35,943 nt of DNA from NCBI RefSeq assembly GCF_001194135.2, contig NC_068985.1, positions 46,306,366-46,342,308 on the forward strand, given 5' to 3'. The DNA is from Octopus bimaculoides. Lineage: Eukaryota. Positions 1-11,169 of this stretch are shown here, piece by piece; position 1 is the stretch's first letter, and every line of letters begins with the position of its first letter. The notes below the pieces were generated by a model. It made no database searches, was not told the origin of the DNA, and saw only the letters and a program-made list of their open reading frames with translations. Both the position numbers and the translations under genes were made by a program.

Positions 1-242
1 TTCTATTTATACATGTGTGTATATGTAGATGGATACATATGTGTATATGGGGACACGCACACATGTGTATATTTGTATATGCGTGGGTACGTATGTGCAT
101 ATGTATAAATGTGGACGTATGAGTGTATGTATATATATATATATATGTGTGTGTGTATATATATATATATGTGTGTGTGTATCAGTATGCATGTATATGT
201 GTGTTTGTGTAAGTGTATTTATGTATGCATGTACGATCTCAC
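1..242. repeat. Degenerate (TA)/(TG)/(CA) microsatellite field
   Basis: Alternating purine-pyrimidine runs such as atatatatatgtgtgtgt; source of spurious YIYI/HTHT ORFs. Confidence 0.9.
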
Positions 243-552
243 ACATTTATTGGTATGTGTTGTCCAACCCACTATCCGACAGCGTCCAATTCTCTAACGG
301 TTTTTTTCAAATGAATCAAGTCATAACCCTATCCATCCATTGCTTTCACAATCGGTCACAATGTCTTACGTTTAAGACGACTCCCATGCTTTCCCTGATG
401 AGAAGGTTACAATTTTAATATCAAAGATCCCCACGGATCACACAGGTTGCAATCCCTTGAAACATATGTAGGAACAAAGCATGCAACTACAACATGCGCT
501 TTCTCCAATCCTTAAATTCTTAAATATACTCAAATACCCAAAATTTCAAGGA

Positions 553-555
<3 letters not shown>

Positions 556-583
<28 letters not shown>

Positions 584-914
584 GTTCAACGTCCGCCCTC
601 CACGCCAGCATGGGTTGGACGATTTGACTGAGGACTGGTGAAACCGGATGGCAACACCAGGCTCCAGTCCGATTTGGCAGAGTTTCCACAGCTGGATGCC
701 CTTCCCAACGCCAACCACTCAGAGAGTGCAGTGGGTGCCTTTACGTGTCACCCGCACGAAAACGGCCACGCTCGAAATGGTGTCTTTTATGTGCCACCGG
801 CACAAGCCAGTCCAGGGGCACTGGCAACGATCTCGCTCGAAAATCCTACGGGAGCCAGTCAGGCGGTACTGGCAACGGCCACGCTCAAAATGGTGCATCT
901 CATGTGCCACCCGC

Positions 915-917
<3 letters not shown>
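556..917 (-). mobile_element. SINE-like family A copy, (GAT)n tail, with ~115-bp internal duplication at its 5' end
   Basis: Reverse complement shares GGCGTTGGGAAGGGCATCCAGCTGT...TCCAACCCATGCTGGCGTGGAGGGCGGACGTTGAACGATGATGAT with copies at 2575, 15850 and 17319; ACGGCCACGCTC(G/A)AAATGGTG occurs twice (~761, ~876). Confidence 0.85.

Positions 918-946
<29 letters not shown>
918..946. repeat. (TA)n microsatellite
   Basis: Direct reading. Confidence 0.95.
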
Positions 947-1089
947 CTTTTCTCCCAGATTTACACTCTGATGCATATGCTAAAGCTTACTATTAGAAAC
1001 ATAGTTATCAAGTTTGTTTAATGTCTTGCATTGCTTATCTCAGTAATAATAATGGTAGACATTGTCATTATAACACTGACTACCCCACT

Positions 1090-1265
1090 GTTATCTTCAT
1101 CACCATCATTGCCATCACCATCATCATTGCAATCATTACTGACATTATTATCATGATCACCTACACCATAATCACCATCATTGCTACCATCATTACCACA
1201 ACCACCATCATTACTACTCCCACAATAATGATCATCAACATCATTACTACCACTTCATCATCATT
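1090..1265. repeat. Degenerate (ATC/ACC/ATT) trinucleotide low-complexity tract
   Basis: atcaccatcattgccatcaccatcatc-type repeats; explains the Ile/Thr-rich ORF 1021-1350. Confidence 0.85.
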
Positions 1266-1698
1266 GTATACTGTTGATACTGTACTGAATCAGAATATCT
1301 CCTATTGTTTCCATCGGAGTTACCACTACACCTTTCAAAGCTATTGTTAATAGAAAGGCAGAGTAAATAGTTCTTACTCCCATCGTCATTGTAATTATCA
1401 TCACATCTTCCTCGACATCATTTTCATATCTTTATTTCCATTCTGGGTTGGATGCATCTGCACTGCTGCATAATTTCATTATTTTTGATTCTGCATTAGC
1501 TCTGGTCTGCAAGGTACAGATGCGCTTAAATCTTATCATGATTAAGACTCCATTGTCTCAATAATGAGATCTCAGAATGATCTCAACTTGATGCAACCTG
1601 AATATAAGGATTCTCAGTCAAAGATGGTAAGTTCAAGCTAAAAGAAGGATCAAGCACAAAACTGCTATTATTACTATTGCAAGATTCATATCAGTGTA

Positions 1699-1702
<4 letters not shown>

Positions 1703-1743
<41 letters not shown>
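1703..1743. repeat. (CA)n microsatellite
   Basis: Direct reading. Confidence 0.95.
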
Positions 1744-1744
<1 letters not shown>

Positions 1745-1939
1745 AACTAATTAATATATTGAACAATGTCTTTAAATAAGATTATATACAATTTTGCTTG
1801 TTAATACTCCTTAGTCAATTTGTGTTTGTGTGTGTGTGTGTAGGTATGTATTTTAATATTTCATTTAGACATTCACTCATAAAGCCTGTATGTTTTGAAA
1901 ATGTAGCATTCCCAAGTAAAGTGCACTTCATATTCAAGA

Positions 1940-2022
1940 TGAAGCCATAGGATGTTGTCCTGGTACTCAACTAACAGTCCACCACATCTTATAACAGCAG
2001 AAACAGCTGTAAGCTATTGAAG
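1940..2022. mobile_element. Partial copy of palindromic MITE-like family G
   Basis: agcagaaacagctgtaagctattgaag matches the right end of 15549-15683 at 26 of 27 nt. Confidence 0.6.
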
Positions 2023-2072
2023 TTCAGTACATAACATTTGCTTTTTCTGGTTTCATCTCTTTGTTTCTATGT

Positions 2073-2075
<3 letters not shown>

Positions 2076-2139
<64 letters not shown>
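2076..2139. repeat. Compound (TA)n(TG)n microsatellite
   Basis: Direct reading. Confidence 0.95.
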
Positions 2140-2140
<1 letters not shown>

Positions 2141-2574
2141 AATAGCAAATGCCCACAATCACACATGTGCATATTCATATAGAGATAATTCCTTGCATGC
2201 ATAGTCTGTAAAAGACGTGTATTTTTACTACAGGATCTTGATCAGTTAAAGTGTTCTTTGAAATCCTTAGCAGTAAAATGATTGAAATATATTTATTCTC
2301 TATCAAAATATATGCTGGGGGTCTTAATCTTAAGCTTTAGATCTCTCAAAGAACATTAATTGGTGTTGGGGGGCAAGGTAGTTCACAAATTGTGCCACAT
2401 GCAATTTTGTGTATATGGAGACATTAAGATGTGTGTGCATGCATGTGCTTCCTACTCAAGTTTGCTACAAAGAGATTCTGCCTTCCTAGATTTCTGGCGA
2501 TTTGTTGTACTTGAGAAGACTTGTCAAACTAAGTAAAACATGGCCATCCATACACACAGGCATGTCTTTTGCTG

Positions 2575-2815
2575 GGGCTGGTGTCATGTAAAATGTACTC
2601 TTGCTTGGTGCTGTGTAAATACGACCGCACCACTGACATGTAAAAATCACCCAGCACACCCTGTAAAGTGCTGGGCATTAGGAAGGGCATCCAGCTGTAG
2701 AAACCATGCCAAATCAGACAATTATAATTTGGACAGCTCCCCGGCTGGCCAGCTTCTGTCAGACTGTCCAACCCATGCCAGCATGAAAAATGGATGTTAA
2801 ATAATGATGATGTTG
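2575..2815 (+). mobile_element. SINE-like family A copy
   Basis: ggcattaggaagggcatccagctgtagaaaccatgccaaatcagac...tccaacccatgccagcatgaaaaatggatgttaaataatgatgatg. Confidence 0.85.
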
Positions 2816-3508
2816 ACTTGATCCAGCCTTTTACTTAGACTTTGGTCACTGCAAATTTTTTGATTTCACTATTCATATTTCTGTTTCATATAGTGACACA
2901 TCTGACTCTATGGAAATCCAATCTGTGTAGTCAACACAACAGAGCCCTTAACTTGTTATATTCACTTCATAGACACACCATCACTTGGTGAAATAACAGT
3001 GCTAATTACATCACTGGTTCTCAGTAACATCTGTGATACTTTGTTATTTTAATGTAGAATTAAGTTTTTTTGAGTCAAATGACATACTATTTAGAGAAGG
3101 AATTCAAAAGCATTCATAATATCAGAGATAAATTGCAAGTGCAAAAGAACCTGTCAGGGTGCATCTGTACTGAGAATTCATAAGTAGGTTGTATTAAATT
3201 ACTATTTTGGTTTCAATGTTTAAACAGTTTTTATTTTCATATGGGTTCTCAACAGACACCTCTGGACTTGAATGTGGGCAAAATTTCTTCCCATATGGTT
3301 GTGGTTTCCCATCTTTGCTTTAGACAATTGGTTTCTTTTGACTTTGGACAAAATCTTATAGTTTCAAAGGAAAGGAATGATGTGCTGCACTATTAGTTTC
3401 CTTTTTGTGATTAGTAGCATAAACGGAGATACTATGAATTATTGAAAGCTGCTTGGGAATGTCAACTAGCTGAGAATTGAACCGTTTTGAAATATAATTG
3501 TTGCTACA

Positions 3509-3868
3509 AAGGTGGCGAGCTGGCAGAATGGTTAGCACGCCGGGCGAAATGCTTAGCGGTATTTCGTCTGCTGTTACGTTCTGAGTTCAAATTCCGCCGA
3601 GGTCAACTTTGCCTTTCATCCTTTCTGGGTCGATAAATTAAGTACCGGTTACGCACTGGGAGTCGATGTAATTGACTTAATCCCTTTGTCTGTCCTTGTT
3701 TGTCCCTTCTGTGTTTAGCCCCTTGTGGGCAGTAAAGAAATAAGAATGGTTTGCGTGCTGGGTAAAATGCTTAGCAGCATTTTGCCTGTCTTTACATTCT
3801 GAGTTCAAATTCCACTGATATCAGCTTTGCCTTTCATCCTTTCAGGGTCAATAAATTAAGTATCAGTT
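3509..3868 (+). mobile_element. tRNA-headed SINE family B, head-to-tail dimer (unit 1 ~3509-3746; unit 2 from ~3747 into the gap, probable tail at 4616-4650)
   Basis: A-box-like TGGCAGAATGGTTAGC and B-box-like GAGTTCAAATTCC; core CTTTGCCTTTCATCCTTTC-GGGTC-ATAAATTAAGTA present twice. Confidence 0.85.
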
Positions 3869-4615
3869 NNNNNNNNNNNNNNNNNNNNNNNNNNNNNNNN
3901 NNNNNNNNNNNNNNNNNNNNNNNNNNNNNNNNNNNNNNNNNNNNNNNNNNNNNNNNNNNNNNNNNNNNNNNNNNNNNNNNNNNNNNNNNNNNNNNNNNNN
4001 NNNNNNNNNNNNNNNNNNNNNNNNNNNNNNNNNNNNNNNNNNNNNNNNNNNNNNNNNNNNNNNNNNNNNNNNNNNNNNNNNNNNNNNNNNNNNNNNNNNN
4101 NNNNNNNNNNNNNNNNNNNNNNNNNNNNNNNNNNNNNNNNNNNNNNNNNNNNNNNNNNNNNNNNNNNNNNNNNNNNNNNNNNNNNNNNNNNNNNNNNNNN
4201 NNNNNNNNNNNNNNNNNNNNNNNNNNNNNNNNNNNNNNNNNNNNNNNNNNNNNNNNNNNNNNNNNNNNNNNNNNNNNNNNNNNNNNNNNNNNNNNNNNNN
4301 NNNNNNNNNNNNNNNNNNNNNNNNNNNNNNNNNNNNNNNNNNNNNNNNNNNNNNNNNNNNNNNNNNNNNNNNNNNNNNNNNNNNNNNNNNNNNNNNNNNN
4401 NNNNNNNNNNNNNNNNNNNNNNNNNNNNNNNNNNNNNNNNNNNNNNNNNNNNNNNNNNNNNNNNNNNNNNNNNNNNNNNNNNNNNNNNNNNNNNNNNNNN
4501 NNNNNNNNNNNNNNNNNNNNNNNNNNNNNNNNNNNNNNNNNNNNNNNNNNNNNNNNNNNNNNNNNNNNNNNNNNNNNNNNNNNNNNNNNNNNNNNNNNNN
4601 NNNNNNNNNNNNNNN
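3869..4615. other. Assembly gap (N-run)
   Basis: 747 N. Confidence 1.
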
Positions 4616-6548
4616 CAGAATTGCTGGCCTTGTGTCAAAATTTGAAACCAGTGTAATTGTTGCTGCAGCTTACAAAAAGAATATTTAATGATAATAAATG
4701 TTTCAAACTTTTGATATGAGTTGTAGGATGTACTTTTAACATAAGTATTTTATATATTTCTAGATATAAGTTATATAGTCTATTAGATTTATCCTCACTC
4801 CCATTTTCCACACGAATGATACTCATTATGTCAATGCTCTGAAGGGAAAAGACAATGGGTATTCTGATGATATTCAAACACATTTCACTAGATACTGATG
4901 GTACTTCAGTCTACCACTTCATCTGCATCTACTTCAATAAAGCAGCGTTTCACTGTAATTAACCACCTTGTTAATTGATAATTGACATTTTTCTTTAATT
5001 TACCAAACTTTTCAGCTCAATTTTTGGACAACTTCTACATCATTGTTGTTTGACCTGCTAGAAATGTCAGCCAAATCTCCTTCAAACTATACCCTACCAT
5101 CTTAGAAAAATACCATGTCTGATATACTATTCTAGGAAAAAAAGAAAAAAAAAAAAGAAAAAGGATTGCATGGCTGAGTAATACAAATAATAAATGAGTA
5201 TATGCATATATACGTACATGTATGTACATACTTATATCTACCTGTATATATAGATGCATATCTGGGTACAAGACATTGCAAACAAAGCGTAGACAAAATG
5301 ATAAACGAGTACAGAAAACACACAGGCCACATAGAGAACATCTCCTTCATCAGCTTCCCCCATTCTAACACAGGCGTTTCGAAGAGAAGCTTTCTTCATT
5401 TGTCTGCTGGATCAGTGTTGACTTGGGGACTAAGCAACTATTGATGATATATAGTAATATATGGCCATATATATTGACCATATATGGTAATAAAAGTAAT
5501 TTGATTGCTATTTTTAACTGGTTCTAAGATAAAAAAATGTTTAGTTTTGCTTTTTTTTTTTGTTAAATATTTCCCTTTTTTTTCCCCCCCTTTCTTTTTC
5601 CCCAACACTGATAACTATATCAGGAATATATTAGTATCTATTTCTCTGATGGGTAGATTGAGCAAATTGTCTTGTTTAATGACACAACATCAACACAACA
5701 GATACCAACCGAATTATTATATTTACAACTACTGAAATATCTCTCTTCCTTTTTTTCGTTTTTAATTTTTTTTTATCTGTAATGCTTTTTATCTACAGCC
5801 AAAGAATATCGTTCATGTTAGTTTGAAAGTAACCACTTCTCTACATATCAATAGCATGTTTACTATCTTGTTTATTGAATTTCAGTCAGATAGTAATACA
5901 GGCATGTACAACCAACCAGTCAGAAGTGAGGATACTCTATTTTTTTCTTTTCTGTTTTTTTTTTTCAAGAAGTAAAAAGAAATAATAAAATCTAAAAGAC
6001 ATCAAATGTAAAACTAAATTCTGTGTAATACTGAGGATATGGAGAGAATATTCTCCATGGATATTATATGTTTTTTCTTCCATTTTTTTCTTCTATTTTT
6101 TTCTTCCATTTTTTTTTTTAGTTTCTCCTTAGGCAAGGAAAGGCTTTTTGGAAAGCCACTCACTGTACATAGCTACATAGCTTAAGACTGTCTATCATCA
6201 CTTCACTGCCTGTATGAATGGCCATTTGAGAAGATGCTTGAGCTAAAACAAAAGCAAGCAACACTTACCATACACAAAACAACCACTATAATGATGATGA
6301 TGATGGTAATAATGATGATGATGATGATGATAATAATAAAATACATCTAACAACTATGACAAGCAAATTAGTAAATGGTCCTTTAGAAATGTTACCTTTA
6401 AGGTCAGTTAATAACATTTCAAATTCAATCTGCAGTATATTATGTGCATCTGTTGATTAATTCCTTGAGATTATACAAAACGCCATCACAGCAAACCCTG
6501 AAGGCTGCATGTGTTGGTTGGAGCGGATGTTCAGGAGAGGGTTATTAG

Positions 6549-6579
6549 AATGAGAGAGAGAGAGAAAGTGTGTGTGTGA

Positions 6580-6628
<49 letters not shown>

Positions 6629-6755
6629 AGAATGAGTGAAAGAGAGAACATGTTTTAAAATGAGACTAGAGTGAGACACAAGCTGAGAAAATGTAAGCAG
6701 AAAGGGAAATATATGGAGAGAGAGAGAGAGAGAAAAAAAAGAGAGAGAGAGGGGG
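6549..6755. repeat. (GA)n/(GT)n compound microsatellites
   Basis: Direct reading. Confidence 0.9.
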
Positions 6756-7148
6756 GGGAGTGAGTGAGGGAGATATTGAAGAAGTGCAAAATATAAAAAA
6801 AAACAAACAAAGATAATTAGAGATGAAATAAAATAATCAAAATTAAAGAGAGGTAAATTAGATAAAGATAGATTGTTTGGGGATAAAAATGAAAGAAAAT
6901 AAGCAGAAACACAGTGCGTTTTATAATGTGTCATTGATGTATGCATGCACACACTCATACACACACATATATACATACACATGTACACGTATATACATAT
7001 ACAGGTAAATGATGAAGAGGAATGGTGAGGGAAGAAGAGGGAGGTCTTCATTATGTTACATCAACTGATGATGTGACTATGGATGCTAATTAGAATGTTT
7101 CTACCCAACACTACATTATATACATCATTTGTTAGCCATGGGTGTATG

Positions 7149-7199
7149 TTGTTGTTTAGGTGTGTGTGTGTGTATGCGTGTGTGTGTGTGTATGCGTGT

Positions 7200-7234
<35 letters not shown>
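7149..7234. repeat. (GT)n interrupted by TATGC units
   Basis: gtgtgtgtgtgtatgc repeated. Confidence 0.9.
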
Positions 7235-7235
<1 letters not shown>

Positions 7236-7641
7236 CTTGAGGATATTATCATCACTGTCTGAGGTTTGTTTAATAATGCTCAGGAATTTATGAAGGATCT
7301 TACTGTCCTTGTTACCATGGAAACTCCTTTGCTGTAGTTTCTTGTTGTTGTTGTTGTTGTCATTGTGGTTGATGATGTTTTAGCAAGGATGCTCAGGAGA
7401 GAAAGAAAATCAGATTGCAATTTCTTCTTACCTTGTACATTTACATAACCTGTATGTCACACGTGTTTGTGCACAAGTTTCCCTGTGTGTATGTGTGTGC
7501 TGGTTGTTATATATATATATTTAGTACAAGACTTTACCAGTATCAAAGCTAAATAATATCAATCAAATATTTCATAATGATAACGAACATCGTCTTGATA
7601 TTGACACAAGTATTTAAAAAACATCAAGGAAACGAAAGCAC

Positions 7642-7645
<4 letters not shown>

Positions 7646-7694
<49 letters not shown>

Positions 7695-7805
7695 CACACA
7701 CAGACACACACCTACACTTATGTATAGAAACATGTACCACATGATTAGCTGCTACACAGAACCAACTATTAATGTTCATCAAATGAATTGTGTGTTTAGC
7801 TGTGT

Positions 7806-7888
<83 letters not shown>
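7646..7888. repeat. (CT)n and (TA)(GT)(TA)(GA) compound microsatellites
   Basis: Direct reading. Confidence 0.9.
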
Positions 7889-7889
<1 letters not shown>

Positions 7890-8282
7890 TAATGCGATGC
7901 ATAGAATAGTTATTGGTTATATTTCTGTAAATATACTTAGTCCTGCTGTGAAGAAATGCTTTTGGTTGATCTCTAATTATTGAGTAAAATATTATAATCT
8001 TTGAATGTCTCTGGAGTCTTTGTAAACTAAGTATACTTGTCATGCATTAAGAAGAGGCACCTTAATAAAAATATTCTCATAATATAGAGTGTGTAGTTAT
8101 AGATTTGGCTGCTATTTCATGCAGGTTGATTGACCATGCAAATGTTTTCTCAGTGGTTTGGTTGAAGAGGTGCATGTACTACCTATTCAGGAATTTCATT
8201 GTTTCAGCTGAATAGAACTTTATTTTTATGTTGTCTCAGTTTATCTGGCTGTGAAGTCATCTGGCAATATACTTAGAGTATA

Positions 8283-8619
8283 TTGTTTTCTACTCTAGGC
8301 ACAAGGCCTGAAATTTTGGGGGTACTTAATTTATCGACCCTGAAAGGATGAAAGGCAAAGTCGACCTCGGCAGAATTTGAACTCCGAACGTAAAGACATG
8401 CGAAATACCGCGAACCATTTTGCCCAGTTTGCTAACGTTTCTTATTTCTTTACTGCCCACAAGGGGCTACACACAGAGGGGACAAACAAGGACAGAAAAA
8501 TGGATTAAGTGCGTAACTGGTACTTATTTAATCGACCCTGAAAGGATGAAAGGCAAAGTCGACCTCGGCGGAATTTGAACTCAGAACGTAGCGGCAGACG
8601 AAATACCGCTAAGCTTTTC
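8283..8619 (-). mobile_element. tRNA-headed SINE family B, head-to-tail dimer (head lost in the gap)
   Basis: Two copies of tcgaccctgaaaggatgaaaggcaaagtcgacctcggc-gaatttgaactc (8333 and 8532); reverse complement of 3509-3868. Confidence 0.85.
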
Positions 8620-9263
8620 NNNNNNNNNNNNNNNNNNNNNNNNNNNNNNNNNNNNNNNNNNNNNNNNNNNNNNNNNNNNNNNNNNNNNNNNNNNNNNNNN
8701 NNNNNNNNNNNNNNNNNNNNNNNNNNNNNNNNNNNNNNNNNNNNNNNNNNNNNNNNNNNNNNNNNNNNNNNNNNNNNNNNNNNNNNNNNNNNNNNNNNNN
8801 NNNNNNNNNNNNNNNNNNNNNNNNNNNNNNNNNNNNNNNNNNNNNNNNNNNNNNNNNNNNNNNNNNNNNNNNNNNNNNNNNNNNNNNNNNNNNNNNNNNN
8901 NNNNNNNNNNNNNNNNNNNNNNNNNNNNNNNNNNNNNNNNNNNNNNNNNNNNNNNNNNNNNNNNNNNNNNNNNNNNNNNNNNNNNNNNNNNNNNNNNNNN
9001 NNNNNNNNNNNNNNNNNNNNNNNNNNNNNNNNNNNNNNNNNNNNNNNNNNNNNNNNNNNNNNNNNNNNNNNNNNNNNNNNNNNNNNNNNNNNNNNNNNNN
9101 NNNNNNNNNNNNNNNNNNNNNNNNNNNNNNNNNNNNNNNNNNNNNNNNNNNNNNNNNNNNNNNNNNNNNNNNNNNNNNNNNNNNNNNNNNNNNNNNNNNN
9201 NNNNNNNNNNNNNNNNNNNNNNNNNNNNNNNNNNNNNNNNNNNNNNNNNNNNNNNNNNNNNNN
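8620..9263. other. Assembly gap (N-run)
   Basis: 644 N. Confidence 1.
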
Positions 9264-9425
9264 GCCTGATTTGAACTTCCTGAACCATCTTTCAACTTGG
9301 CTTTTGCTGATTGTTCCTTCACCAAAAAGTTCATTGAGATCGCGAAATGACTGTGCTGCATTCCAACCTTTCTTGAAGTGGTAGAGCACAATATGACGAA
9401 TGTGGATATGATTTCCGATATGCAT
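9264..9425 (-). CDS. Mariner transposase N-terminal HTH region (partial, runs into the gap)
   Basis: MHIGNHIHIRHIVLYHFKKGWNAAQSFRDLNELFGEGTISKSQVERWFRKFKSG matches the mariner/SETMAR HTH pattern IR...F+.G..AA.....+N..FG.GT.....V..WF+KF..G; no stop in 54 codons. Confidence 0.85.
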
Positions 9426-9539
9426 TTTTATGAAAAAAAAGCCGACCATTATTTAAAGATGTTTTTGTTAAATATTGTTATTGTTTTTGTTGAATAAAAT
9501 TTGTTGAAAAAATGCTGCTATAAGTATGCACCAACCCAA
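9264..9539 (-). mobile_element. Mariner (Tc1/mariner, Hsmar1-like) transposon 5' end with TIR and TA target site
   Basis: Minus strand begins TA|TTGGGTTGGTGCATACTT, similar to the Hsmar1 TIR TTAGGTTGGTGCAAAAGT; TA at 9540-9541; transposase ORF follows. Confidence 0.85.
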
Positions 9540-9547
9540 TATCTATA

Positions 9548-9718
9548 TATATGTGTGTGTGTGTGTGTGTATCTTTATGTATGTGTTTGTCCCGCCATCA
9601 CTGATTGATAATTGGTATTGGTTTGTTTATGTCTGTAACTTAGCAGTTTGGCAAAAAGAGACCAATGACATAAATACCAGGCTTAAAAAAAAGTACTGGG
9701 TTGATTCGTATGACTAAA
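9548..9718 (+). mobile_element. SINE family C, 3' portion
   Basis: gtaacttagcagtttggcaaaaagagaccaat...gtactggggttgattcgtatgactaa matches the 3' halves of 14712-15133 (reverse complement) and 30830-31205. Confidence 0.7.
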
Positions 9719-9724
9719 AGCTCA

Positions 9725-9856
9725 TAAAAGATTATTTTCTAAACACCAATTTATTGATGACAAAGCTATTGTACTAAATTTTTCATTGTTTAAAAAAGTT
9801 ATTCATTGAAAGAATGGTAGTGCATTTCAACAAAAATATGGTAGCAAATGGGTTAA
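9725..9856 (-). mobile_element. Old TTAA-ended repeat family H (one end visible)
   Basis: Reverse complement ttaacccatttgctacc...aatttagtacaatagc aligns loosely with 17146-17280. Confidence 0.5.
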
Positions 9857-11169
9857 ATCTAGATTTACTTCTCACATACTGCATTTTCTATATTTTCTGA
9901 AATTTCAGTCAATCAATTTTATCAAAGTTTTCTCTTACTTGTTGCTTAGTGAAGGTATTTTTTTGCCATCTTAATTATTTGAATAATTTTCAATTGAGTG
10001 AAGTTTTTCGACTCAGTTATATATCTGAAACCCTATGATATTCTGATTTTTTGTATGTTTGTTATAAATTATATAAAGACACAAGTTGACCTCTACATTG
10101 TATTTGAATAGTTCCTTCTTTTCTTTTCTTTAACTACCGTTATGTAATTATGTCAGTGCATTATTAGTCTCAGAGAGTTTTTGAGTATCAGTATGTTTGG
10201 TAGCTATGAAGAGTGAAAAAGCTGGTGGTTTCAGGCTCTAACCTTCTGTTGAATCTTTTTTACTTCTGTATTTTTTCATTTGCTTTCTCTCTGATCAGTT
10301 TTTGTATTAAAGTAATATATGACCACTAAACATTTAATTATATTTTATTCATTCAATTATTTCTAATTTACATCCTTCTTCATTTTTAATTTCCTGATAG
10401 TGTTAGGCCAATTTCTGTATACATTCTTATTCCTGTATGCGCTTTTTTTTGTCTTGTCATTTTGCAATTCAGATATATAGCAAAATTTATGTGAAGAAAC
10501 TGAAGTAAAAGTAATTAATATGCTCCTTCCAATACCATTTTTGTAGCAGTGATTTTTAACTCATTATTTATAGGCACAGTACATGAAGCAATTAAGAAAA
10601 CACACACAATTTTTGTTAATCTGAGTTGGAAGGACAGTGTTATTTGCTTTCATAATAAGCCTCCCTAAATTGGAATGAACGGACAGTGTTAAATGATGTT
10701 CATGTTTAATTTGAATTCAAGTTAATTGGTGGAACTAGATATGTAGTGAACCAAAGAAAGATGCTTGTCAAAGGAAGTTGAACTGAGAAATATGCTTCGT
10801 TTGTGCTTTTGGAAAATAAAGCATTATAGTTATGAAGTTACGTACATTAAGGTAATTTTAGTTGAATATTGCATAGTTAACATCTTCAAAAGGAGACCCA
10901 GGTTTTATTGTGGTTGCTGAAAAGGGGACAGAAAAGATGGTGAAGACCAGTTAAACTATTATAAGCTTGTGGGAGTGGCTGGAGTGTTTGTGAGCTTAAA
11001 TTTGCTTCAGTCTGTTTCTGTTTCATTATGACTAGTGGGTTAATGAGTAGTGAGTTAAAGGGTTGGTTTCTTTCATGTCCTGGGGGTGAGGTGGGGATAT
11101 TATTATTGGTAATGATAATCTTTATATTTATGTTACTCTCCTCTCTTTTCTTTTTTTTTTCTTATATCA

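Noticed and set aside
243-540. CpG-containing unique segment after the first microsatellite
   Set aside because: No coherent ORF, splice pair or repeat match within the window; left unassigned.
3856-9384. Long ORFs 3856-4638, 8505-9449, 8575-9384, 8581-9288, 8609-9391 (also 19945-20559, 23734-23994)
   Set aside because: Their length comes from N-runs; only the mariner N-terminus (9264-9425) is real.
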